This document shows, one piece after another, positions 23,140-34,966 of a DNA stretch of 64,000 bases. The first letter of the stretch is position 1. Every line of letters starts with the position of its first letter. Under the pieces are notes generated by a model that made no database searches, had not been told where the DNA came from, and saw only the letters and a list, made by a program, of their open reading frames with translations. A program made the position numbers and the translations under genes. This DNA is from an uncultured Pseudomonadales bacterium (lineage in GTDB: Bacteria > Patescibacteriota > Microgenomatia > UBA1400 > CAYNFZ01): positions 547-64,546 of the forward strand of contig CAYNMS010000003.1 in the NCBI GenBank assembly GCA_964398525.1. The letters are read 5' to 3'.

Positions 23140-24189
23140 ATGACTGATCGCCCCTTTGATGTTCTCTCTATCGGTACCGTTTACTTAGACATCAACTCGC
23201 CCAACTTTCCTTTCGAAACTGCTCTCGCCTCCGAAACCGAAACTGTCGGTGGCAGCTACATCCTCACTCCCGGCGGCTCTGCCATGAATCTTGCTCGAGT
23301 TGCCGCCTTCCTCGATCTCAAACCTATTTTTGTCGGTAAAATCGGCAACGATGTCTTAGGCAGCGTTCTTGAGGATTACATCAGAAAAAGTGGTATTACC
23401 CCGTCAATGATCAAATCCGGAGCCGTTCAAACCAATCTTGGTCTAAATTTCATCAACACCACCGGCAAAACAGTAATGGCTAGTGTGGGCACCGCCAATC
23501 AAGACCTTTCCGTTCAAGAAGTTATTGCTCAGTTAAATACCAACCTGCCTCAATCCAAATTTCTCTACCTTGGCGGCTACTTCAAACTCAAAAACCTTAC
23601 CAATCACTTCACCGAGATTGTCGCCCTAGCCAAACAACACGGCACCAAGATAATTCTCGATCACGGCCGTACCGGCAACATTGCCACCGGCGATGAACGA
23701 AACCAACTCATTACTCTTATTAGAGACGTAGATATATATTTGCCCTCCCTCGATGAACTTCTCGATGTCTGGCAAGCTCAAGATTTAAACTACGCTCTAG
23801 GTAAAGTTAGAAGCGTTACCAACGCTATTACCGTGGTCAAACAAGCCGAAAGAGGAGCCACTGGCTTAGTAGAACACCAATCGGTTTACATGCCGGCTTA
23901 TCCAGTTGCTACCATCAGCACCGTTGGGGCAGGGGACAGCTTTAACGCGGGCTTTATTAAAGCTCACCTTTCTGGCAAATCTTTAGAAGATTCTCTGCGT
24001 TTTGCCAATGCCACTGCCGCTTTGGCCATTTCCCAAAAAACTCTGCCTACTACCGAATTAGTCGAGACCTTTTTAAGATCTCAATCAAGCTCGGCTACAT
24101 CCACTCAATCGCCGCCTCAATCACCACCACCAGAATCTCAGCCCCCTCAAGACTCCCCACAACCAACTTTACCTGATAATTCCGCCTAA
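23140..24189 (+). CDS. PfkB-family carbohydrate kinase with P/Q/S-rich tail
   Basis: PGGSAMN, STVGAGDSFNAGF, ANATAA. Confidence 0.9.
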   Translation: MTDRPFDVLSIGTVYLDINSPNFPFETALASETETVGGSYILTPGGSAMNLARVAAFLDLKPIFVGKIGNDVLGSVLEDYIRKSGITPSMIKSGAVQTNLGLNFINTTGKTVMASVGTANQDLSVQEVIAQLNTNLPQSKFLYLGGYFKLKNLTNHFTEIVALAKQHGTKIILDHGRTGNIATGDERNQLITLIRDVDIYLPSLDELLDVWQAQDLNYALGKVRSVTNAITVVKQAERGATGLVEHQSVYMPAYPVATISTVGAGDSFNAGFIKAHLSGKSLEDSLRFANATAALAISQKTLPTTELVETFLRSQSSSATSTQSPPQSPPPESQPPQDSPQPTLPDNSA

Positions 24190-24206
24190 TTGTAATTTAC
24201 TCGCGC

Positions 24207-25301
24207 TTGAAAATGCTCCAAATCGATTTTTTTGGCTGGCTTCCCTCGGCCTTACAACCCTTTCTAATGCTCAGTTTCCTCGGCAATAATTTCCGGTCCT
24301 ATCTCTCAGCTTTAGCCATTTTTCTTTTAGCCACTGTTGCCATCAAGCTGCTCCAAAACCTTATCTTAGTTAAACTCCAATCATTGGCCAAAAAATCAAG
24401 TAACCAGTTTGACGACGCTGCCTTAACCATTATTCGCTCCTTTCACCCGCTTGTTTTTCATCTAATCGCTTTTTTCATCGCTTCACAATTTCTTCAGCTC
24501 CACCCATATGTTGACAACTTTTTGACAGGCCTTCTAATCATCGCTTTAGTCATCCAAGCCATCACTGCCGGCCAAATTGCCGTCGATCTGCTAATTGGCA
24601 ATTATCTCCTTTCTCATAAACCCCAAGACGACACCAAGTCTGCAATCTCAGCAATTAAAATCATTATAAAAATTATTCTCTGGACTTTTGGTTTTCTTCT
24701 CATTCTCTCCAATCTCGGCTTCGAAATCACCTCCTTACTGGCCGGCTTGGGAGTTGGAGGTATCGCCGTCGCCCTGGCTCTTCAAAACATTCTTTCTGAT
24801 CTTCTTAGTTCTTTTTCAATCTATTTCGACAAACCTTTTCAAGTAGGGGATTTCATTATCACCGGCAACCAAATGGGTGTTGTTGAAAAAATTGGAATCA
24901 AGACTACTCGCATTCGTGCTCTGCAAGGAGAGGAAGTTGTCATGCCCAATCAGCAGCTAACCAATACAACTATTCAAAACTTCAAAAAAATGCAAGAAAG
25001 ACGGATTGTTTTCTCATTTAGAGTAACTTATGAAACCAACCACTCTAAACTCAAGCAAATTCCTCAACTCATCAAAGACATCTTTAAATCTATGGATAAA
25101 GCCAGACTTGATCGGGTCCATTTCGCCTCTTTTGCAGATTCAGCTCTCATCTATGAAGTCGTCTATTATGTCGCAACTGGTGATTACAACACCTACATGG
25201 ACATCCAACAATCCATCAACCTCAACACCGTTGCCGTTTTTAATAAGCACGATATTCAATTTGCCTACCCGACCCAAACCCTCTATCTTCATCAAAATTA
25301 A
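24207..25301 (+). CDS. MscS-family mechanosensitive channel
   Basis: LAGLGVGGIAVALALQNILSD, DKPFQVGDFI, IGIKTTRIR, FAYPTQT. Confidence 0.93.
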   Translation: MKMLQIDFFGWLPSALQPFLMLSFLGNNFRSYLSALAIFLLATVAIKLLQNLILVKLQSLAKKSSNQFDDAALTIIRSFHPLVFHLIAFFIASQFLQLHPYVDNFLTGLLIIALVIQAITAGQIAVDLLIGNYLLSHKPQDDTKSAISAIKIIIKIILWTFGFLLILSNLGFEITSLLAGLGVGGIAVALALQNILSDLLSSFSIYFDKPFQVGDFIITGNQMGVVEKIGIKTTRIRALQGEEVVMPNQQLTNTTIQNFKKMQERRIVFSFRVTYETNHSKLKQIPQLIKDIFKSMDKARLDRVHFASFADSALIYEVVYYVATGDYNTYMDIQQSINLNTVAVFNKHDIQFAYPTQTLYLHQN

Positions 25302-25486
25302 CTTCGTCTCTCATCTAGCCAATAGAGCCCGACTGCAAGCACCATCATTGTCGCTGCCCAACGAACTGGATGGGGATTAACCAACGGATTCACCATAAGA
25401 ATCCCCACAGCAGCTCCAGTTAATACTAGCGACCAGCACCAGAGGCAGCTAAAGCTTTTCTGGCTCGTGGTTTTTTTCTTTGCCAT
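25298..25486 (-). CDS. Small two-TM membrane protein with CxxC
   Basis: AAAGGAGG SD upstream, two hydrophobic segments; downstream of xer. Confidence 0.65.
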   Translation of the reverse strand: MAKKKTTSQKSFSCLWCWSLVLTGAAVGILMVNPLVNPHPVRWAATMMVLAVGLYWLDERRS

Positions 25487-25536
25487 TTTGGCCTCCTTTC
25501 AAATTCAGTCTATCCCAAATTCTCACCTTTTGGCTA

Positions 25537-26481
25537 CTAGCTATTCTTATTTCCCGAATGAAATCTGTCATGAACTTTTTTCAGTTGAGGATTGGTCACA
25601 TGAGTGTACACTTGGGTTGTGGCTACATTTTTGTGCCCCAGCATCTCCTGAACTTCTCTCAAACCAGCCCCTTGCTGCAAAAGATCAGTGGCAAACGAGT
25701 GTCTCAGCCCATGAGGGGTTATCTCTACTGGCAGTTTAGCCAGTCGCCGATACTTTTTCACAATCCGCTGCACACTTCTGGCCGTCAGTCTCATATCCTC
25801 ACCCTTAGGCAGCCTAGGAGTCTTGTTTTTGGCATAACGAATAAATGCTGGCTGCCAATCATCCTCTCTTTCCTGAAAATAGCGTCGGAGCCATCCTGCC
25901 GCACGATCTGACAAAAAAACCACTCTGGCTCTGCCTCCCTTGCCAATAATTCCAAACTCTCTTGTCTCAAAATTTATTTTGTCACGATTCAGTTTAACCA
26001 ACTCCGACACTCTCAGTCCCGTTGAAAACAACACCTCTAAGATTGTCCTGTCCCTCAAGCCCGCTTCCTCATCAACATTGGGGGAATTAAGCAATGATTC
26101 CACTTGTTTACGGTTCAAAAACGACAATGACCGGCTCTCAGTTTTTGGCAAATCAATTTTCTCAGGTGCCAACACCTCCACATCATTTTTAGTTAACCAT
26201 TTTAAAAAAGATCTGATTGCGATCACATGATAGCTTTGAGTCACTTTGGCTAAATTTCCATTATATTCATCCTTATATCTGGACAGGTACAGTCTATACC
26301 CTCTGAGAGTATTCAAATCCAACTCTTCAATTTTTTTGTCAGAATCTTCTTTGTGAAACCACTCAGCAAATCTTTTCAAATAATGATGATAATTTCTAAT
26401 CGTTAGCCTACTGGCACTTTTCTCCACCTCCATATAATCCAAAAAATCTAAAATTAACTGATCTAACGATTTATTGTTCAT
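25537..26481 (-). CDS. XerC/XerD/XerA-family tyrosine recombinase
   Basis: N-terminal SAM-like domain; catalytic R (TGLRVSEL), K (GKGG), HxxRH (HGLRHSFAT), LGH...TTQVY. Confidence 0.93.
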   Translation of the reverse strand: MNNKSLDQLILDFLDYMEVEKSASRLTIRNYHHYLKRFAEWFHKEDSDKKIEELDLNTLRGYRLYLSRYKDEYNGNLAKVTQSYHVIAIRSFLKWLTKNDVEVLAPEKIDLPKTESRSLSFLNRKQVESLLNSPNVDEEAGLRDRTILEVLFSTGLRVSELVKLNRDKINFETREFGIIGKGGRARVVFLSDRAAGWLRRYFQEREDDWQPAFIRYAKNKTPRLPKGEDMRLTARSVQRIVKKYRRLAKLPVEITPHGLRHSFATDLLQQGAGLREVQEMLGHKNVATTQVYTHVTNPQLKKVHDRFHSGNKNS

Positions 26482-26745
26482 TATTTCCTATCATTCCTTT
26501 CCAAATTATAGGTTGTTGGCACTTAATAAACCAAACTGATAACCAAGTGTACCTCTGGTCCTACCCGATATATCAATCAAATTAATTGCTAAATTATGAG
26601 TAATTTTGATACATTATGCTGTATTAGATATGTAGTAATTTAATCCGTGTCCCATAACTGAAGCTGACAATCGGGTAGGGGAGTGTAAAAAATATTTTAC
26701 TCTGTTAATCGATTGGTCTTTCAACTTTTCTAGCATAAACTTATT

Positions 26746-26773
26746 GGGTTACACAATCAAGATTGTGCGACAT
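26746..26773. other. dif-like Xer site 1 (GGGTTACACAA-TCAAGA-TTGTGCGACAT)
   Basis: 11-6-11 layout; right arm is the exact reverse complement of the site 3 left arm. Confidence 0.55.
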
Positions 26774-27491
26774 AAGATAAATAATTAAAAAAAGACCCTA
26801 AAAACAGATCAAAAAACTTTGCTTAATATCGATAGCAATTTAATCACCCTTACATTAACTACTTTCCTTTATCACAAAAAAACTTAAAAACTTAGAGTGG
26901 GGGAGTCAAACTAATTTTTTAACCCTGTCAGCCATCTAATTGAAATTAACCTTCACAATTATAAATTGAATTCAGATCAATACTTCATAAATCTTACCAA
27001 TAGGGGAGTAGAATTAATTATTTTACCCTTATCAATCCCCCGCCCAAGGAAACAATCGGGGGAGCGGTTCAGGTAATTTATGTCACTTACCATCCTCGCT
27101 CTGGCATCTCTACAACTTAACCGAAATCAACCCAAATATAAATATCTTCCTTGTTTAAATATCGTCAGAAATAAAAATTAATCATTATAAAAATAATATT
27201 TTAATCGTTAGAGATGAATAAAATTATTCTTATCACCAACTTGCCAGCTCAGTCGTCGTCTTTTGGTAGTTAATCATATTCCTGACTCAATTGGACGTCA
27301 AAATAGATATTCGCCCCTCTTCCAGGCTAAACAATTAGATACTACCAGATGTGACGCTTTCTAATGCCCCTAAAACGGTTTTTTTGGTCTCTCCCTATAC
27401 AGTTGGTCCACCAAATTAGCCTTTCATATCCGCTAAAACACTTTATAAATCTTTTTTTATTTAAATTTAAATAGTATCTTCGGGTTTATAT

Positions 27492-27739
27492 ACAAATTCA
27501 TAAAATTCAATTTCTTGCTTGTCGGTGGGGAAGTAAAAAAAATAAAATTAGGTTTAATTATTGAAATTAACCATTTAAATATTTTGTGAAATTTTAAAAA
27601 ACGAAATAAATAGCACTTCTCCATAAACCTTGATTATGTGTCGCAAAAGATACATTGTGCGTCATAAACAATATACCTCTTTTCTACCCTACGATGGTTA
27701 ATTGGGGACAAATACTAGCAACAAATTCATAAAATTCAA
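27492..27739 (+). repeat. 19-bp perfect direct repeat ACAAATTCATAAAATTCAA (27492-27510 and 27721-27739)
   Basis: Read directly; the copies bracket dif-like site 2. Confidence 0.85.
27638..27665. other. dif-like Xer site 2, best palindrome (GTGTCGCAAAA-GATACA-TTGTGCGTCAT)
   Basis: 11-6-11 imperfect inverted repeat; lies where KOPS orientation flips; 1.2 kb from xer. Confidence 0.7.
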
Positions 27740-27892
27740 AATTGATTGAATCTCTTTACTTTTCAAGATTTGTGCTTCAGCAAATTCACCACTTCTCCGG
27801 GACCAATAACTAAAATCATTTAAGCTCCATCCTCTCATCGATTGTTTCGGGTTTCTTACTTTCACAACCTTTCCCATACACATTTATGTAAG

Positions 27893-28086
27893 TTTTCCAC
27901 ACCATCACCCTCTCAAACTATATCATTTACTCAATAAATCTCACGTTGCCAATAAACAAATAACTATATCATTATGTATCACTAGACCTAGTTTTGGCAC
28001 CCCTACTCCCCTTTTGCCAGTAGCTTGTGAAAATTATTATAGGATTGTGTGAAAACTAATTGTTATAGGCTGTTTTCTTTTCCACT
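27893..28086. promoter_or_regulatory. Cluster of DnaA-box-like 9-mers (candidate oriC element)
   Basis: TTTTCCACA at 27893 matches TTWTNCACA; one-mismatch boxes at 28026 (-), 28048 (-), 28078 (+). Confidence 0.35.
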
Positions 28087-28219
28087 CCTCTACTTTCCCT
28101 TACCTCCCATTTTTTTCCTAAACTCCCCTGTCTTTATATTTCAACAAACTAAACCATCTATGAAAAATTCTTTTCTTTTAATACTCATTGTTCCTTCCAC
28201 CCCTTTACTCTTTTACCTT

Positions 28220-28247
28220 ATGTCGCACAATATCCATACTGCTCTAC
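28220..28247. other. dif-like Xer site 3 or half-site (ATGTCGCACAA-TATCCA-TACTGCTCTAC)
   Basis: Left arm matches the consensus of sites 1 and 2; right arm degenerate. Confidence 0.5.
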
Positions 28248-28297
28248 TCCAAGAATGACTAGTTAAAGGCCAGTTTTGCCTAATGAAATTCTAGGAT

Positions 28298-29071
28298 TTA
28301 CTTCCACTCAGTCAGTATCATCATCACCAAAAGTACAAACACCCCTACCCCCGCGTATTCCTTTAGCGTATTTTTAAACAATCTCTCTTGTAAATGATGT
28401 TGAAGTATCCCCAGTAGAACATACATGCCTGTCACCAAAAAGATGGAAGCTATCCATACTGTCACTGGCCAAAATGAAATTGCCAAAGCCATTTCGCTCA
28501 ACACAAAGGCCACCACTGCCGAATACATAATTACTTGCTTTGACAAAAATGGCTCCAGCTTGACCGACCACAAACCATTCAAGACCACTAAAAACGATAC
28601 TCCAAACACCATCACAGCGTTATAAAAAAACGGTAGTTTAAACGAATATATCGTGTTGTAAAAAAACAAACTTGTGACCAATGCCATCATAAAGCCTACC
28701 GCATGAGCCGCCCTCAAGAGTTGGATCGTGCGAATTGCCGCCACTGAATATATGTTGCCTGTCAAATACAATGCATACATCCCCAACCCAAATAAAAACA
28801 AAATTACTACCCGTGACAACCAAGCCTCCGGTAATAGAAAATAAAAAAGCGCCACACTTACAGCATAAAGACCAGGAAAAGGTACGATTACCAGCCATTC
28901 AATACCTTTCAAGTCTTCAAACAACGCCCAGGCTGACACAAAAAAAGAAGCTACAAACAATCCAATAATTGCCAAATATCTCCAGGGAAATTCTACCGTT
29001 ACCAGCTGAGTTGACAATAACCCTAATGATAAAAGTAGCGATGCCAAGACAAACTTTTGGCGTTTACTCAT
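28298..29071 (-). CDS. Multi-pass membrane protein (resembles DUF5656-type CPR proteins)
   Basis: About 8 TM helices; IRTIQLLRAA motif. Confidence 0.75.
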   Translation of the reverse strand: MSKRQKFVLASLLLSLGLLSTQLVTVEFPWRYLAIIGLFVASFFVSAWALFEDLKGIEWLVIVPFPGLYAVSVALFYFLLPEAWLSRVVILFLFGLGMYALYLTGNIYSVAAIRTIQLLRAAHAVGFMMALVTSLFFYNTIYSFKLPFFYNAVMVFGVSFLVVLNGLWSVKLEPFLSKQVIMYSAVVAFVLSEMALAISFWPVTVWIASIFLVTGMYVLLGILQHHLQERLFKNTLKEYAGVGVFVLLVMMILTEWK

Positions 29072-29077
29072 TTGCCA

Positions 29078-29620
29078 TTAACGAGGTAAATTAGTAAACA
29101 CTGCTTCAACATCTTCGTGGTCATCCAGTTTTTCGATCAACTTTTCCACTTGTCCCTTTGTTGAATCATCAACCGGAACCTCTATTTTTACATCGTAACC
29201 TTCTCCGTTCCTCTCAAACATAAACGCTACCGATCCCGGACCACCCAAAGATCCTCCAGACTTTTCAAATAAACCTTTAATTTCAGCCGCTGAGCGGTTG
29301 CGGTTATCAGTCAGAACCTTCACCATCATTCCTACTCCACCTGGTCCATAGCCTTCATATAAAATTTCTTCAACTTGTCCCCCACCCCCCTTGCCCAAAC
29401 CTTTATCAATCGCCTTTTGCACGTTTGCCTTTGGCATGTTTACTTCTCTGGCTTTTTCCAACACCATTCTCAGTCTCGGATTTTGATTTACGTCTCCACT
29501 CCCACCTTCCTTCACTGCCACTGATATCATTTTACTGATAAGTGAAAAGGCTTTACCTCTTTTGGCATCTTCTGCTGCTTTTTTGTGTTTAATCGTTGCC
29601 CATTTACTGTGACCGCTCAT
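29078..29620 (-). CDS. yebC: YebC/PmpR-family protein (short form)
   Basis: MSGHSKWATIKHKK, YEGYGPGG, TDNRNRS, V..VFTN. Confidence 0.93.
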   Translation of the reverse strand: MSGHSKWATIKHKKAAEDAKRGKAFSLISKMISVAVKEGGSGDVNQNPRLRMVLEKAREVNMPKANVQKAIDKGLGKGGGGQVEEILYEGYGPGGVGMMVKVLTDNRNRSAAEIKGLFEKSGGSLGGPGSVAFMFERNGEGYDVKIEVPVDDSTKGQVEKLIEKLDDHEDVEAVFTNLPR

Positions 29621-29752
29621 AATTACCTCATTTTTACTTGTCTATTTCACTCCCCATTTCTCGAGGATAACTCTGACACATTATAAACCTCTTGACACTA
29701 CCGATCAATCTCGTGTAAGTTCATCAAAAGCTATTACTAAATAAAATTCACC

Positions 29753-30454
29753 ATGGATCCACTTAAAGATCAAGCCATCAAAGCAGCCCTAAATCAAGAT
29801 TGGCCTCTTGCCATCGAAATCAATCATCAAATTCTTGCCAGTCAATCAGATATCCCTACTCTGAATCGATTAGGCTTTGCCTATATGCAGCTGGGCGATA
29901 CTCAAAAAGCCAAAGATGCATACAATCAAGTTTTAGAAATTGATAAATACAATCCCATTGCCACCAAAAGCCTGGAAAAGCTCAAACAATTCAAAGCCGA
30001 ACACGTCAACGGCCACACCAAACCTCAAAAATTTATTACGACCTTCATCGAAGAACCCGGCAAAACCAAGACCATTACTCTCGTACGTCCCGCCAATCAC
30101 GACATTCTCCTCACTCTAAACCCCGGCTTTCCGGTTACCCTCACCGGTAAAAAACACCGCGTGGTTGTAGAAACCGACACTGGCAAATATATCGGCTGTC
30201 TCCCCGATGACATCGGCCACAAACTTGGCCGGCTCATTGGCTTGGGTTATAGTTATCAGGCAATAATCAAATCCGCCAATCACAAATCAGTCAGTGTCTT
30301 CATCAAAGAAATTTCCCGTTCCAAAAAAGGCCGCAACCTACCTTCTTTTGGCGCTTCTTCTGCATCAATTTCTTCCCTACCTCAAACCGAACCACTAGAT
30401 GAAATTCCCATCGATTTTACCCCCACTGGCGAAGAAGACTCCGAAGATTCTTAA
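29753..30454 (+). CDS. TPR protein with C-terminal HIRAN-like domain
   Basis: TPR (LNRLGFAY...AKDAYNQVLEIDKYNPIA); FIEEPGKTK, YIGCLPDD. Confidence 0.7.
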   Translation: MDPLKDQAIKAALNQDWPLAIEINHQILASQSDIPTLNRLGFAYMQLGDTQKAKDAYNQVLEIDKYNPIATKSLEKLKQFKAEHVNGHTKPQKFITTFIEEPGKTKTITLVRPANHDILLTLNPGFPVTLTGKKHRVVVETDTGKYIGCLPDDIGHKLGRLIGLGYSYQAIIKSANHKSVSVFIKEISRSKKGRNLPSFGASSASISSLPQTEPLDEIPIDFTPTGEEDSEDS

Positions 30455-30456
30455 TC

Positions 30457-31440
30457 TTAAATCGTTTCCCCTGCATATCTCCACCAATCTTCACCCAAAA
30501 ATATCACCACGTCCCCCCTGTAGCGGTCTGTCGTCTTCTCATCAACCCCAATCTCCATTTGCATTAATTTATTTATCGGTGACAAATACTCTGTTTGCTC
30601 TGTCAAATCAGCCTTAACCACAATTTTGCTCTGCTCTAATTTTTCAGTTGTCTCGTCCGCACTAACCACATCATATCCTATTACCGCCAACCACTCTCCC
30701 GTTCTTCTTGCCAAACCTCGGTGAGATGTCGCATTCACTACAGCCACGCGTAGATTGGTTTTCTCCATCACGAAGGCATCTTGAATTATTTGAGACGACC
30801 ACATCCTAAGTTTTTCTTTATCGACCACTTTTTCCACCACCCCATCCCCCGCCAACCTCTCAATTACCATCCCTTCTTCTTCCAAAGCTACCATTTTGGG
30901 TGGTGCCAATTGCCCAGTAAGTACACGCCACAACCGCCACCTATCCCACCAATGCAACTCTCCCCTACCCCACAATATTTGGTTCTTTAAATATCCCGCC
31001 TCAGTCATTTTTTCCGGTCTTGCTTCATGAATCACTCCCACCATTGCTACACTCAACACCTGTTCCAAACTTCTCTCCACCAGTGAGGAATCCCCTTTTT
31101 GCTGCTGGGACAATTTTTCCACTGTCTTTGTAGGCATGTATCCAAACCCTTCTACTAAAGGTAACATCACTTCTGGTCCAATTTGGACTACCCCTACTTG
31201 CCCCCCTTCTTGAATCATTACCACTCCAATTCCTCCGTCTGTAGCCTGAACCAAAACCCCCGCCCGATTTTTTCCATTCCAGCTGTGCCCTCGCCAACTC
31301 CACCCCAGACTTGCCATCAACCCTAACACCAATACCAACACCAGCCAACCAATCCTTCTTGATCGATTCGATGTTCTAATCTTATCTCTAGCAAGCTTCC
31401 TTCTTTTTCTGGGCATTAATTCATTTTTACCTGAGACCAC
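30457..31440 (-). CDS. Membrane-anchored protein with LytR C-terminal domain (LCP-related)
   Basis: N-terminal TM; VAVVNATSHRGLA...GYDV...DVVIFLGED. Confidence 0.75.
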   Translation of the reverse strand: MVSGKNELMPRKRRKLARDKIRTSNRSRRIGWLVLVLVLGLMASLGWSWRGHSWNGKNRAGVLVQATDGGIGVVMIQEGGQVGVVQIGPEVMLPLVEGFGYMPTKTVEKLSQQQKGDSSLVERSLEQVLSVAMVGVIHEARPEKMTEAGYLKNQILWGRGELHWWDRWRLWRVLTGQLAPPKMVALEEEGMVIERLAGDGVVEKVVDKEKLRMWSSQIIQDAFVMEKTNLRVAVVNATSHRGLARRTGEWLAVIGYDVVSADETTEKLEQSKIVVKADLTEQTEYLSPINKLMQMEIGVDEKTTDRYRGDVVIFLGEDWWRYAGETI

Positions 31441-31489
31441 CCGGGTTGCAAGTCTGGTTTCAATTTAATCCCTAGGTTATAATTTCCCT

Positions 31490-33536
<2,047 letters not shown>

Positions 33537-33559
<23 letters not shown>

Positions 33560-33977
33560 TCATTCCTCCTCTTTCTTTTGCAGTTATCAGTAGGATGGCA
33601 CCCGCTAGTAGCCACACATCCGCTACATTCCCCACCACATCAACATAAGGATAATAAATAAAATCCCATACCCCGCCCCAAACCAACCTATCAATTAAAT
33701 TTGATATTCCAGCTCCCAACACCAATCCCCACCCCCAAGCTTTTTTATCACTGGCTTTACTCTTGCTCATATAAAACCATAACCAAATTAAAGTCATAAT
33801 CATCAAACCTTCCCACCACCATGTCTCACCCGTCCCCAACACTCCCCCCTTATTCCACTGCCCCCAACCTTTCGACATAGTAAAGGCTTTTGTCAATCTG
33901 TCCGTTAACAGACTCAAGCTTAAGCCCAATCCCGCCGGATCAAGGGTCTTTAATGTCTTCGCTTTGAATTTGACCAT
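33537..33977 (-). CDS. lspA: Signal peptidase II (LspA)
   Basis: NxG, GxxxNLIDR, VWDFI, NVAD catalytic Asp motifs. Confidence 0.85.
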
Positions 33978-34804
33978 TGATCTCCTTTAATCCGTTGCCT
34001 AATACTCATTCCAAATTCTTCAAGTTCTTGACTAAATGACAATCCGCTCCTTAGATACAAACCCAGAGTTCCACCCACAATCAATCCAATTCTCTCCAAT
34101 AAATCCACGGGCACGCCTCCCACTCTTACACTGCTCTCCGAAACTATTTCCAGAATCAGTCCAATTACCCCCAAAGCAATTACATAAACGAAAGTTAAAA
34201 ACCCCTCTCTGGCGTCACCTTTTGAGCGCTGATACCAAATAAACTTTCTGTACCTACCTTCCAACCACCACAGCAAAAAAAACATATTCATCCACAACAT
34301 AAATCCATAAACTCCCACCGGATGGCGTTGCTCAAACACTCCGGGAAACCTGACACCCCAAGGCAATTGTGTCGCCGTCCCTACGTTTGAACCACTTAAA
34401 AACAACCCCAGGTGAAGCAGACTGTGTGCCAAAGCCAGTCCAATCATCATCAAATCCAAAACTTTAAACAAATTCCATTTCTTTTGCCTAACAAATTTTA
34501 TTACGGCCACCAATCCCCCCAGCATCAATCCTTCCCAAACCAAGCCTGGCTTTTGCCAAAACGCCAACCACTCCAACACATTCAAACCAAAATCACCAAA
34601 ATTTACCAAAACATACATAAGTCTGGCTACCAACAAAGCCCAAAAAACTCCAGTAAACACCAAGTCAATTGCTTCACCCTCGTCAAAATACTCCTCTCTG
34701 GCTCGCTTCCAAAAAACAAAAGTTGCCAACACAAACGCCAGCACCATCAATACTCCAAAACTATGAATTGAAACTGGTCCGATTCTCAGTACAAGTGGCA
34801 ACAT
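33950..34804 (-). CDS. lgt: Prolipoprotein diacylglyceryl transferase homologue (catalytic motifs degenerate)
   Basis: IGPVSIHSFG N-terminus, ARLMYV, T.LPWGV.FP, RHP. Confidence 0.75.
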   Translation of the reverse strand: MLPLVLRIGPVSIHSFGVLMVLAFVLATFVFWKRAREEYFDEGEAIDLVFTGVFWALLVARLMYVLVNFGDFGLNVLEWLAFWQKPGLVWEGLMLGGLVAVIKFVRQKKWNLFKVLDLMMIGLALAHSLLHLGLFLSGSNVGTATQLPWGVRFPGVFEQRHPVGVYGFMLWMNMFFLLWWLEGRYRKFIWYQRSKGDAREGFLTFVYVIALGVIGLILEIVSESSVRVGGVPVDLLERIGLIVGGTLGLYLRSGLSFSQELEEFGMSIRQRIKGDQWSNSKRRH

Positions 34805-34966
34805 AGCCTTAGATTTTACCTGTTAACTCTTCTAAACACCATTACCTTAACCGCTCTTGATAATCATTTTTATTTTAATTGTCTCCTTAAAGGTTGTTCC
34901 CCCACCTATTCTTTACTATAATCAATCCTTGCCTCCATTAACCTCAAATACACCTTACTATAACTT

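Noticed and set aside
25480-26230. 143-aa and 96-aa + strand ORFs opposite the recombinase
   Set aside because: Antisense shadow frames of the tyrosine recombinase; no independent coding evidence.
27698-28258. Short ORFs 27698-27883 (-) and 28049-28258 (+)
   Set aside because: Low-complexity translations of AT-rich DNA that overlap the repeat and dif-like motifs; no SD or motif.
25537-28297. Integron, prophage or genomic-island integrase interpretation
   Set aside because: The protein lacks the IntI-specific insertion, no attC-like cassette or cargo genes follow, and the flanks are housekeeping genes. A chromosomal Xer fits better.
26482-28297. CRISPR array or rRNA/ncRNA in the long intergenic region
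   Set aside because: Repeats occur only in pairs with irregular spacing; no repeat-spacer periodicity, cas genes or recognisable structured RNA.
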